From Flaccisagitta enflata (lineage: Eukaryota), in the NCBI GenBank assembly GCA_965153355.1, contig OZ231126.1:28458001-28522000 (forward strand): DNA of 64,000 bases, given 5' to 3'. Positions 23,655-36,042 of this stretch are shown here, piece after piece. Position 1 is the first letter of the stretch. Every line of letters starts with the position of its first letter. The position numbers and the translations under genes were made by a program. Below the pieces are notes generated by a model. It searched no databases, was not told where the DNA came from, and was given only the letters and a program-made list of their open reading frames with translations.

Positions 23655-25679
23655 GTGAGTGCAAGCAAAGGAAATACATGAAGTTTGAGGCGTTTGATAC
23701 ATTTCTGTTGCATTTTCCTCATTTTATTCTATTTTGCAATGGATGATACCAATAAGTCTGTAAGAGCAAGCAAAGGAAATGCATGTAATTTGACGCGTTT
23801 GATGCATTTCAAATCATTTCTCATGCCATCCCCACGCTGCTCAAGGTCTTTCAGACAATCCCGTTGGCGCCATGGGCAGCGAGGAAATACTTACGCGGCA
23901 AGGCGTAGCAAATCATGATATGTTGTTATCACGACTGATGAACATGGGATTTGAGTGGCAAACTTCTCTCAACGCACTTCATGCGACCCAAGTAAGTTCT
24001 TATTGACAAATCTTTGCTAATGTTTGATGATCCAGTGCATACGTAGTGATTGGTCGATGAATCATGAATGTATGATTGTTCAGGATGATGAAGATACTTG
24101 ACAATGACATCAGTTCATTAACACTTTCAAATAGGTTTGCAAAAACAATCAGCTACATAATCTTGCTTTGGACGTCCTACAAGCTTGGTTTGAGAGAGCC
24201 GTGGATATCATGGTCAATGATGACGCTATGATGGGGGCATCTTCCTCAATCCCTGACTTTTCACTACAGTGTAAGTGCCATTGACACTTTCTAGTAGTTG
24301 CTTGCAACCACTATGATCAATCGTTTAATGAATTTGCTCTCAAAGTTGACAGCAGCTTGTTGAAAAATATTCAATGCTGATTTCAGGCAACGCCATTGAA
24401 ACTGACGACAACTCCCAGCAGCAGCACCAGCAACAGTCTGCCGCCCCTGAATGCTCTAGTTGTTCCCCTTCAATGCTTGTGCAGGCCAAACGCTTGAAGC
24501 ATAGCCGTACCCCCGATTCATTGGACCCTCAATCCTCCACTGATTCATGCGATATGGGCGATTATTCAGATCCCCGCTCCGCTATTATTTCAGTGGAGCC
24601 TAGCTCTTCAACCAATTCAAATGACCCTCAATCCACTGCTGATTCACACTCTATCACCAATTCTTCGGACTCCTGCATAACCACTGATTCATTGAAGCGT
24701 CGCTCCCCTGCCAATCTATTGGAGCCATGCTTTACTGCTGATTCATTAGAGCTTCGATTCACCGATAATACACGGCCTTTCCGCAATTCTTCAGACCCCT
24801 GCAACACCACTGATTCATTAGAGCCTCGCTCCACTGCCAATTCATTGGTCTCATGCTCTACCGCCAATTCATTGAAGCCATCCTTTACCCCCGATTCCTT
24901 AGAGTTTTGCCCCACAGCTGCCTCTTGTGTTGAAAATTCAACGACAACAACAGCAACAGCAACAGCAACAGCACCAGAGATGACATTGGTTGGTCAATCG
25001 CATTTTGGATCCCGACCAAAAGATGCCCTGGACTTACGCGATGGATTTCTATCCCATATTTACCACTTCGCTCATCAAAGACTTTTAACCTTGAATGAGT
25101 TCTGTAAGTCAAAAAGGAGAAGGAGAAAAAGAAGAAAATGAGGAAGAAGAAGAAAATGAGGAAGAAAATGAAGGAGAAGAAGAAGAAGAAAAAGAAGAAG
25201 AAGAAGAAGAAGAAGAAGAAGAAGAAGAAGAAGAAGAAGAAGAAGAAGACAAGCCCAACAGGCCAACAGTCGCGTGCTAAGTTACACAAAACTACACAAC
25301 TTCATACTACACACAACTACATAACTTCATACTACATACTTAATAAACTACATACTTACTACATACTTACATACTACATACTTACATACTACATACTTAC
25401 ATACTTACATACTTACATTATTACATACTTACCTAATTACATACTTACATATTTACATACTTACATACATACATACTTAAATATTTACTTACATACTTAC
25501 ATACATACTACATACTTACATACTTGCATACATACTTACATACTTACATACTTACATACTTACATACTTACTTACATACTTACATACTGACATACATACT
25601 TACATATATACGCACATACATACATACATACATACATACATACATACATACATACATACATACATACTTACTTACATAC

Positions 25680-25710
<31 letters not shown>

Positions 25711-27420
25711 CATACTTACATACTTACTTACATTTTTACATACATACATACTTACTTACATACTTACTTACATACTACTTACATACTTACTTACATACTT
25801 ACTTACATACTCATACTTACTTTTACATACTTACTACATACTTACATACTTACCTACATACTCACATACTTACACACTTACCTACTTACATACTTACATA
25901 CATACTTACTTACTTACATACTTACATACTTCATACTTACTTACTCACTTACATACATACTTACTTACATACTTACATATTACTTATACTATACCACTAC
26001 TTAATATTTTACCACATACTTACATACATACTCACATATTCTTACATATCTACCTACTTACACATATCCTCATTTTCAATATTGGCCTCTACTACACACT
26101 TACATACTAACCTATATACTTACATACATATGCATTTACATACTTACATACATACTACATACTTACATACTTACATACTTCTTACATACTAACTTACATA
26201 CTTTCTCTTATACTTTCATACTTACTTCACACTCTTACTTACATACTTACTTACATACTTACTTACATATTAACATACTTACCTACTACATACTTACATA
26301 CATACTTACTTACTTACCAACATACTTACATACTTACTTACATACTTACATACTTACGTATTACATACTTACATGCTTACATACATACTTACATACTATT
26401 CTTACATACTACCTACTATACCACACATACTTACATACTTACATACTTAATTTCATACTACATACTTACTACATACTCACATACTACACTTACATACTTA
26501 CATACTTACATACTTACTTACATACTTACATACCTACATACTTAAGTTACTACATACTTATATACTTACCTACATATTCACATACTTACACACTTACCTA
26601 CTTACATACATACTTACTTACTTACTTACATACTTACCTACATACTTACATACTTACCTCCATACTTACCTCCATACTTACATACTTACGTACTTACATA
26701 CTTACTTACTTACATACTTACATACTTACATACTTACTTACATGCTTACATACTACATACTTACATACCTACATACTTACATACTTACATACTTACTCCA
26801 CATACCACATACTTACATACTTCTACTCATTTACATACTTTATACTTACATTTACATACCTCCATACTTACATACTTACCTACATACTTACATACTCTTA
26901 CACTTACATACTTACATACTTATATTTACATACTTACATACTTACTACACACAACTCATACTACATGACTTCATACTACAACTTCATACAACATAACGTC
27001 TGTCCCAAAAAAAGTTACATTCTGAACCAATAACGAGTGTCCAATAAAAAGTTGACTAAATTCCCAAAATACCAAAAATACCCAAAAATATCCAATGATA
27101 CCCAAAAATACCCAAAATAATTTAAAACACCTAAAATACCCATAAATACTCAAAAATACTCAAAAAATACCAAGAAGTACCCAAAGATATCTGAAAGTAC
27201 CCTAAATACCTAAATGACTAGAAAACCTAAAGTACCCTATAGCACCCAGCACCCTAAAGTACCCTGAAATACCCTAGAGTACCTTAAAATACCTTAAAAC
27301 CATAAAACACTTTAATATTATCACATATCGACTGACCTAATGACCGACACGGCAGGTAGAGTCATGCACGCTACTCAAAATAAGAAAAGAAAGAAGAGAA
27401 GGAGAAAAAGAAGAAGAGTC

Positions 27421-27453
<33 letters not shown>

Positions 27454-28283
27454 AGAAGAAGAAGAAGAAGAAGAAGAAGAAGAAGACACGCATCCCAGGA
27501 ACAAACCCTTGGTGGAAAAAAAAGGCCAAGTGTTGTGAACCCTCTAGGCATGTTGTACATTGTATTAGGTACAATTAGAGCCAAAAACAAAAAAAATTGG
27601 CTTGGAAATTTAGCTTTTGTAGCTTAATAACAGCAAAAATGAATTATTTTCAAGTATTTTTTAAGATCAAAATTGTAGTTTTCCTTACAAATACTTTTAA
27701 AAAAATAGTTGAACAGTGTGGCAATAGCTGCTGTAATATTGTTTTTACACCTTCCAACCAGTTCAAAGGCATCTTTTACAAATTGAAGCCAAAAGACTAC
27801 TAAAAAAGAGATTCAAATATAAGTACTTTTACTGTTATCATTCTTTTTTATGGTTTTTTTCAAATTTTTTAGAAATAATATTTGTAATTTCTTGCTAAGA
27901 ATTTTTTTTCTTTCTGTTTTTTAGGTTTTTTTTTTGTGCTAATTATGTTGATATCCCTCAAAATTAGTCTTATAGGGTAAAATCATCCATACAGCAATGA
28001 TAGCCACACTGCACAGTAGTTTTCTAAAGTATTTGAAAGTGTAACTACCTTATTTAGCATAAAAAATACATAAAAATGCATTATTTTAGCTATAATCAAG
28101 TTATAAATTCTATATTTCCAAGCCGATTCTTTTTAATTTTTGGCTTTAATTGTACCTAACACATTAAACAACATGCCTAGGGGGTTCACAATACTTGGAC
28201 TTTTTTTTCACCTAGGGTTTGTTCCTGGGATGCGTGAAGAAGGAGAAGAAGAAGAAGAAGAAGAAGAAAAAAAAGAAGAAGAA

Positions 28284-28330
<47 letters not shown>

Positions 28331-28367
28331 AGAAGAAGAAGAAGAAGAAGAAGAAGAAGACAGACAG

Positions 28368-28420
<53 letters not shown>

Positions 28421-30825
28421 GAAAACATACATCTTTTTTTTCTGCAGGTGTGATCTGTGACCGTCCACACCTCTTCCTCCCTGACACTCCGCTCCTCAAG
28501 CCAACAGTCTGTTTACGGCCGACTTGCGTTACCATGCAAAATATCAGACAAAGGTAAAACTTACATCAAGTCTACAGAGAAAAGGTTAATATAAGGTGTG
28601 AACCCCCTGAAAACTGTAGCACCCCCACCTACAGCTTTAGCCGATCAAATTAAAGATACTTTAAAAATAGAGGTAGAATATTTATATCAATGCAAGTACG
28701 TCACCAGAGCGATTTTTTAATTCTGTTTTTTAAGTTAAGATATAGCTTAATAAAGCACTAGAATTAACTATTATCAAAAGTTCATAGAATCAAAGATTTT
28801 ATATTATAATTTGAGACTGGAATGGAAATTGCAAAATCGCTCTAGTGGCGCCACTTGTACAGTAACAAACTATAATTAGTAACATCCAATTCATTATTTA
28901 TCACGGTAGTTTGATCTGTAAGGGGGGGTGCTACAGTTTTAGGGGGGTTCACATCTTATATTTCTGCGTCCTCTGTATACATTTTTTTTTACAAAAGACA
29001 TATTTTGAACTCGGCCGTTTAGAGGTCGAAATTTGATTTGTTCTTAAACGTATGAAAAAATATACATGTACATGAGTAGATAAATACTAAACATTCAGTA
29101 GTATTGCATGTATCATTAGTTAAGAACAGTAACTAGGTTGCTAAAATTGAGAGGCAACCCTAAAAACATCATTTATTTTAAAACAAAAACTACCAATTTT
29201 ACTTAAGATTTTGAAAAAAAGTTATTTACTGTAGTGAGATGCTAAAGGAGATTTTCTTAAACATTCCCAAAACTGTAGATTTTGGCAAATCTTGGGCTCA
29301 TGTCTTCCATAGAAAAAGAGTCTCATATAAGAAAACAAGGCCGGATACACGGCAAGACAGTATCGGACGGTTTAGCAAGGGAAGTAAAGCAAAAATTACT
29401 CGCAATCCAAAAATGTTACTGATGGATCGACGGACAGACGGATGGATGGATGGATGGCGAGACGGACAGATGGATGGACAGATGGACGGACCAACAAACG
29501 GACCGACCCACGGATGGACAGACTGACATGGCAAGGTGTTGTAGAGTCGCATGTCCGTGACTAAAAAGAGAGTATACAAAAAGAAACATATCAATAAAAC
29601 CGAGGTCATGGAGTTGATTCCTCATATCTTCTTCTCCATTTCCCTTTGTTCAGCAGTACTCTGAAGGAAAGAATAAAATGCACACCTGGTTCAGCTTGGT
29701 CTATGGTCTTTAAGGTTTGAGTGGTTTTCTTGCTCGTAAATGTTCATATGTTCATATGTTAATCTGAGAATACCAGACAGTCAAATTTAGTACACTGAGG
29801 TTCAAACAAGGCCAACACCCATAAGTTGCGTGCGAGACATACTGTTAGAATGACTTAGCATGACTTATAATGACTTAGTATACCCTTAAATAACCTAAAA
29901 TGACATTAAAGAATAAAATTGATAAAAAAAGTAAAAGTGTGACCGAGAGACAGACCAACGGATGGATGGACGGAGTGTAGACTGTAGAGTCGATTGCACG
30001 CGACTAAAAACGCCTCAATGGGTAGCGGCCCTAGAATAATTTTATGTGCGAAAGAATTCATGGAATATCAAATTACTGTTCATTTCTCAATTGTAGTGGG
30101 CGCGAGATTCTTGAGCAATCAAATATGACGAAGGTCGGAGCGTTGCCAAACAAATCTGAAGACCATTGATGCTGCATGCTGTCTCAAAATCATCCTCGGA
30201 CGGCTTTTTTCATGCTCTGGCATTTTTCAAAAGAGGGCGAACCAAGAATTTTACAAAATTACACTAAAACTTTGGTGTGCATGAGAATTTAAGAAACAAT
30301 CACTAAAACTTTGCACGTTTGAGGCGTCTCACCGGTTGCACTCAAAATTTTGTTGAATTTGGAAAATAAAGGGGTTTTCGCATTGGGAGAATTATCGAGA
30401 TATTACTTAGGAAATATCTAGATAAAATCTCGATATTACGCCTAATGCGACAACCCCTTAAATCATTTCTTTTATGACGTTTTGCCTTTGAAAAAAACAA
30501 ACATGTCTGACCCCAAACTCTGTCAAAAAGCAGTAGTTCTTTTAAGTTTGCAAAAAATAAAGAAATGCGAGGTGCTCTGGTGGATGTAAAAAATACTAAC
30601 AATAATATTGCTTGCCTGGTTAACGATCATTGTCAAAGCAACATTGAAGAGTTAAACCATGAAAAATATACTTCTAGTTTGCCGGTTTGAATGAAATAGT
30701 AATCATAGTAGCCCAAATGTATTCAGGTTTCATATACTTGCCAGCTGTGAATGTGCTTGAACTCCTTTTATACCAATAAAGGCGGCTAATCGCCGTAGGA
30801 AAAAAGTCGTAAATGCTGGGAGAAA

Positions 30826-30873
<48 letters not shown>

Positions 30874-30921
30874 AAAGAGAAACAAGAGAGAGAGAGAGAC
30901 AAGAGAGACAGAGAGAGAGAC

Positions 30922-31012
<91 letters not shown>

Positions 31013-33238
31013 AAGAGAGAAAGAGAGAGACAGACAGACAGAGAGAGACAGACAGAGAGAGACAGAGAGAGACACACAGACAGACACACAGCCAGACAGA
31101 GTATGAGCAAGCAGGGTAAAATGCAAGTGATTTGAATGCTAGTGTCATTTTGACTCTTTTTTCACGTTACATAGGCCCAAAATCAGGATCAATAAAAAAC
31201 AAGGCCGGATACACGGCCACCATTTGCGGACGGGTGGGCAGGAGCGGAAATGCGCGTTTTCACACTTTTGGACTCGTGCTCACCGACCAACCGACCGACC
31301 GACCAACCGACGGACGGACGGACAAAGCCTCTTATAGAGTTGCGTGTCCGCAACTAATAATGATCTTTAGAAAAAAAAAAAGAATAATGTGAAAAAATAA
31401 ACAAGATTAAAAAAATCATAGCTCCAAAATTATTGATCGCACAGAATTCTGCTTGGCGTCATCAGAAAAAAAAAATTAGTTCTTTTTTAGCTATTAATTT
31501 CAAACGTAGCCCCGTCTACCTGAAAAGCAGGCCAACTTTCCCAAACGCCCCATGAGAAAAAGGGAAAATCCAATTCTGCCGTAGGTCTCAAAAAGCTTTT
31601 TTCCAAATTATGATCATGACCCTTCATTAGGGATATTTAGGGTAACAAAAGGGATTGGGGATGATGGAGTTAGGCTTAGGTTATGTAGGTTTCTCCTCAA
31701 GTATGCTTGAATTAAAGGTTTGCCTTAGCGGTATTTTTGGAAAAGAAAGATCGTCACATATAGCATTGCCATTTTCTTTTCATGTCAGGTAAGCATCTTA
31801 TTTTGTTTGTCTTTGATAAAGGATAGTTGTGAGCAATCCGGAGTAAACACCATTGAAAGCTTGCAAGGCTTTCATCCTTTATAAATTGGAGAATTCTGGC
31901 CTCCTTTTGTAAGGGCAATGTAGTTTCAACTTTCATAAGTTCAAATTTAGGCGTTGTGGCGATGAAAATTGTTGTATAGGTGCAGCATAATGGTTTTTAT
32001 TCTGCTAATACAAATCAAATGATGACCCTGACCCTCTATATCAAACAGGCAGCGGAGCATCCCGTATTCAGACGAGGATGCTGATAGAGAAGCGGCGTCG
32101 AATTTGTTGGTGGCCATGGCCAAAGCCGCCAGCAAATCGCCGCGTCGAGAACTCATCTTCGATCCATTTCCGAAGATCGTGGACCCAGCCAATCCAGATC
32201 AATTCGTTTTCCATCCCAAATGTCCGTATTTCGAGGCCGCCGCCGAACTCATCGAAACCATCAAAGGTAGTGTGGGAAAGTGAAACTTTTTAGTCTGTTT
32301 TTCATTGTGGAGTTAGTGTATGACGCAGTATGTAAATATTTGTCAGTGAAGTAGATCTGATGGTGTTATGATTTGTGAGTTTTATACAATGTCGCTATGA
32401 GGCTGCTGAACACAAGTCATTAACAAACAGCGACATTTAAGCAATAGCTTTTAGCCTATTCCGGTTTTTCTAGCCAAAAAAACAGCATTCAAACCCATAA
32501 AAATCTTCACTTCCCCTGTCTATCAAAGGAAGAAAACTCGATCAATCGTCTCAGCAGGAATACGCGGACAGAGAAGAGTTAATTATTTCCGCGTTATTCC
32601 GTTGGATCGTACATTCCAACCCTACGCCTCTCGTCAAGCTACCTAAAGAGGAGCGGCTGTCCTTCATGAGAACGCCCCATCAATTCTCCCTGTTGGATAA
32701 TAAATCGTCAAAGGCTTTTCACGATTTGCGGAAATTGCATGGCAGCGAGTTCGCATTTCACGGATCTCCATTCGAAAATTGGCACAGCATCCTGCGCAAC
32801 GGCCTTTATAACGCCAGCGGCACGCGATTCCAACTTCATGGCGCCGCTTATGGTCCCGGTATCTATCTCAGTCCCTCAGCCGATATGGCTTTCCATTATT
32901 CGGGGATCGCAACTCGTCGTGAAAGTTTGCCAACATATCGTCGAAGGGACGAAGCGTATCTGCACTCGCGGAACCTCCTTTGCTACGACAGCCTCCATTG
33001 CATCGCTTTGTGCGAAGTGATCAAGTCGCAAAACATCAATCGAATGACGGAGAACGTTTGGGTGTTTCCCAGTGGCGACAATATCATCGCCCGATTCCTC
33101 TTTGTCTACCAGGGTCAGCAACTGGCCATTCAGGGCGTGAAGACAACCGTGCCAGAATATGCAGGGCTTCTTCGGCAAGCAGTTGATCGATACGAGGAAG
33201 CCTCCAATGACAATCACCGCCAAAATGGAGAAATGTAA
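23516..33238 (+). CDS. PARP6/8: PARP6/PARP8-family mono-ADP-ribosyltransferase gene, at least 7 exons: join(23516-23654,23855-23991,24135-24270,24387-25103,28448-28553,32049-32266,32529-33238), 720 aa, 5' end uncertain
   Basis: All introns are GT-AG with compatible phases (1,0,1,1,2,1), giving 2163 nt with no internal stop. Family motifs: GFLSHIYHFAHQRLLTLNEFCVICD, LKPTVCLRPTC, LLVAMAKAASKSPRRELIFDPFP, FRWIVHSN, FHGSPFENWHSILRNGL, LHGAAYGPGIYLSP, CIALCEVI, ARFLFVY. PARP6 versus PARP8 cannot be distinguished. Confidence 0.88.
23855..23991 (+). CDS. PARP6/8: PARP6/8-like exon, first part of UBA-like domain
   Basis: TTTCAG| ... |GTAAGT. Encodes NPVGAMGSEEILTRQGVANHDMLLSRLMNMGFEWQTSLNALHATQ. Confidence 0.75.
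24135..24270 (+). CDS. PARP6/8: PARP6/8-like exon, end of UBA-like domain
   Basis: AATAG| ... |GTAAGT. Encodes VCKNNQLHNLALDVLQAWFERAVDIMVNDDAMMGASSSIPDFSLQ. Confidence 0.75.
24387..25103 (+). CDS. PARP6/8: PARP6/8-like exon, Ser/Thr-rich repeat region plus GFL...TLNEF motif
   Basis: TTTCAG| ... |GTAAGT. Lies within ORF 24374-25141. Confidence 0.85.
25249..27380 (-). mobile_element. HINE family A long subfamily, second copy (intronic)
   Basis: Same ends and internal blocks as 21626-23487. The 5' palindrome is degraded. Confidence 0.78.
27487..28236. mobile_element. Chapaev-like (CMC) MITE inserted in (GAA)n
   Basis: TIR CACGCATCCCAGGAACAAACCCT / AGGGTTTGTTCCTGGGATGCGTG with long imperfect arms. 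AAGA on both sides, ambiguous because it sits in a microsatellite. Confidence 0.75.
28448..28553 (+). CDS. PARP6/8: PARP6/8-like exon, Cys-rich (C-x2-C...C-x4-C) segment
   Basis: TTTTCTGCAG| ... |GTAAAA. Encodes (C)VICDRPHLFLPDTPLLKPTVCLRPTCVTMQNIRQ. Confidence 0.88.
28575..28975. mobile_element. Tc1/mariner-type MITE, TA TSD
   Basis: TA|CAGAG...AATATAAGGTGTGAACCCCCT...GTAGCACCCCC / GGGGGTGCTACAG...GGGGGTTCACATCTTATATT...CTCTG|TA. Confidence 0.8.
29333..29567 (-). mobile_element. HINE family A short copy
   Basis: AACAAGGCCGGATACACGGC ... GGAC/GGAT repeats ... GTAGAGTCGCATGTCCGTGACTAAAA. Confidence 0.75.
30829..31100. repeat. (GA)n / (GACA)n microsatellite
   Basis: Direct inspection. Confidence 0.95.
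32049..32266 (+). CDS. PARP6/8: PARP6/8-like exon (LLVAMAKAASKSPRRELIFDPFPKIVDP)
   Basis: AAACAG| ... |GTAGTG. Phase 2 in, phase 1 out. Confidence 0.88.
32529..33238 (+). CDS. PARP6/8: PARP6/8-like terminal exon, ADP-ribosyltransferase catalytic domain
   Basis: Pyrimidine tract plus AAG| acceptor. Includes ORF 32666-33238 with FHGS, GIYLS and CIALCEVI. Ends at TAA. Confidence 0.93.
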
Positions 33239-34781
33239 TAGCTTTTAACTTTTTGATTGAATGTAGTGGTTCAAATGGAAGAAGATTTTTATTACACTTA
33301 GGGTTGTAAAATGATAATCTATGACACTCTAACTTAGAGTCTAATCAGAATTTGACTCTACTTATTGGCATTCTGCGACTTTATCTTCGATCGAAGTTAT
33401 TTTCCTATTGATTTTTTGACAAAAATTTCTCTTAGGTATGTGGGAGCTTTTGACCGCTTCCGATTTGGTAGGTGGGATAGCGACTAGTGTTTGAACTGCA
33501 AAGCTGAAGCGGGAGCGGAAGCAGTGGAAGCGGCATAAAAACCAACTGCTTCCCCCATCCCTAGTTTCTTGTACAACTGATACTTTCGTTCTTAGATTCA
33601 GGAGCTAACAATGGCGAAAAAACAAAAAACAAATCGGATTCCATTTTTTGATCGAGGATTGCCCAGTAACTAAAAAGGATAAACCCATGATGATTTTAAA
33701 GAGCTTCAAAAAATTTTTCATTTGAGCTCTCACAGGACATTGTAACTTCAAAATTTTAGAAGTTATAATGCTTTAAAGATAACCACTTAACAATCTCAAA
33801 TCTTTTCAGAGTAATAAATTATAAATTGATATAACTTGTAAACAAGGAGAAATCGTGAATTCTGCTTGGTTTCATCATGTGGAAGATTCAGAATACTTCA
33901 TTTTTACCTTGAATTTCATGCCATTCATTTTGTTTCTTGTCTTTAGAATATTAAAGAGAGAAAGTGTCATGTTGTCAGGCGCAAGAATCTACCTTTTTTG
34001 GCAATCAAGAAAATGGATGTTGATCTTCAATCTTATGTCATTTGGAAACGACTTAAACAACAACAAATTATTGCTTGGTCTAGATTTGTAGACTTGAAGA
34101 GTTGAGGCTTTTTAAAATGCCCGTGGATTTTTAGTTAAAAGTATAAGCAGTTTACAGTCAAATGATAGAAAACTGACCGTCCGGTTTTTATTTTGGCCAT
34201 TTTTAGTTCCTGTAACAGGCTGCAAAAAGAAAGCGAGAACGTCCAAAAGTGTTTGTTAGAAAGATAAAAAAAAGTGTTTTGTCCATGAAGACTTTTTTTT
34301 TTCTTTTGCAATTTGAGTTACGGAATTACAAAACAATGGATCAACGGAAGGATTTTCGTCTCTCTTGGTCTGGAAACAAAGATTGATAACTGATATTGAT
34401 GAGCCTCAGTAGCGTCGTGTTAGATGGTGCTGTTGGAACTGCCATGGCATTGGCAGCCCTCGGAGTTCAGCCATAGGACATAGATTTAAGGCTGCCTTTG
34501 TGGCCACTGGCCAGAGGCAGTGACGAAGATGGCATTTTGGAAGAGCATCAAAAATAACATATATACGCACCTACCCACTGACCAAATAACCAACCGACAA
34601 AGGGGAGTTAAAAGAGTCACAGTCATTCGAATGAAACGAAAAAAAAAGTTATTTAATGTGACAAATGATGAACCCCTCATTTTTCCCTCTTGCCTCTTCA
34701 AGTCACACACACACTCACGCACACACACACACACACACACACACCCAAACACACACGCACGCATGCACTCACTCACTCACA

Positions 34782-34822
<41 letters not shown>

Positions 34823-35109
34823 CCGGAGCATCTTAAATGCGCATCTTTCAACTGTGATGAATGGACCGAAGGAAGGACAATACAAGGGACGGTTCACATG
34901 AAGGGCAAAACCTCTTTGAAAATGGAAATGTAAACAGTTTAGCCTCACTGACCAAAGTTAAGCCTTTTATTGAAGTTGCCTAATTGCCTACGAAAGTTGA
35001 AACAACATTGCCCTTACAAAAGGAGGCCAGAATTCTCTTTGTTATAATTTATAAACTTTTTATCGTTGTATAAACTCCATGACCTTTGATGGAATATGAA
35101 ATTCAATTT

Positions 35110-35145
<36 letters not shown>

Positions 35146-35551
35146 ACTTACTCATTCTCTCTCTCTTACCCCTTTTCTTTCTTATGAATACACCAATGAA
35201 CACCTGTGCAAGTCACATGATTCTTTTGGCATAGAATCAATTCTGAGTGAACAATGAACTTCCTGAAAGAAATTGATCTCTTTCAGGAACAGTTGGTTAG
35301 TTAGTTAGAAAGGAGCAAGACTAATACACCTTAAAACCTGATTTCATATTATTTGAAAAATAAAAGTAAGTGGATGATACAGTAATGTCATAAATAGATA
35401 TATAAATTCAAGAAAAAATAATTTCAAAGATTAGTTGAAGGGTATAAAATAAAAGATTCTTTCATAAATAAAGACAAAATAATTGTTTAAACTCATTGCA
35501 ATAACTAATGACAGCTAACAAATTATATCAATATTCATATTATTGATATAT

Positions 35552-35743
35552 TTTTTAGTCGCGTGCTACGCGACTCTACACCCCGCTTTGTTGGTCCGTC
35601 GGTCCGTCGGTCCGTCACACTTTACTTTTTTGGCATTTATGGGGTTTTTGGCTATACCGCTCCTGCCCAAATGCTCCACTGACCTCAAATATGGCCCCTG
35701 CCCACCCGCACGCGACTGGGGTAGCGGTGTATCCGGCCTTGTT
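35552..35743 (+). mobile_element. HINE family A, near-consensus short copy
   Basis: TTTTTTAGTCGCGTGCTACGCGACTCTACA...(GTCG/GTCC)n...GCACGCGACTGGGGTAGCGGTGTATCCGGCCTTGTT. Confidence 0.85.
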
Positions 35744-35842
35744 ATTATTTTTCATACTTCCTTATTTGATCTCCTCTTTTTTTTATATTAAAAAACTTAT
35801 TGTATAACTTAAATGAATATTGTAGTGAAATATTCAACAATG

Positions 35843-36042
35843 TAGAAGCGAAAGCGGAAGCGGAAGCGGAAGCGGAAACGGAAGCTATGCCTTCTAAAAT
35901 AGTGGAAGCGGAAGCAGAAGCGGAAGCTATGCTTTTTGAAATGGTGGAAGCGGAAGCGGAAACGGAAGCTGTCAATTCTTAAATAAGCCTTTTGGAAGCG
36001 GAAGCGGAAGCTATCCAAAAATCTACCGCTTCTGCATCTCTA
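35843..36042. mobile_element. (GAAGCG)n-rich MITE arm, probably hAT-derived
   Basis: GCGGAA tandem blocks ending CCGCTTCTGCATCTCTA. Related fragment at 33505-33563. Confidence 0.5.

Noticed and set aside
31878-35056. Inverted 60-bp homology (about 31878-31938 versus 34988-35056) flanking the PARP catalytic exons, suggesting transposon capture
   Set aside because: No TSD or outward-facing termini found. More simply, these are two fragments of one repeat family in opposite orientation.
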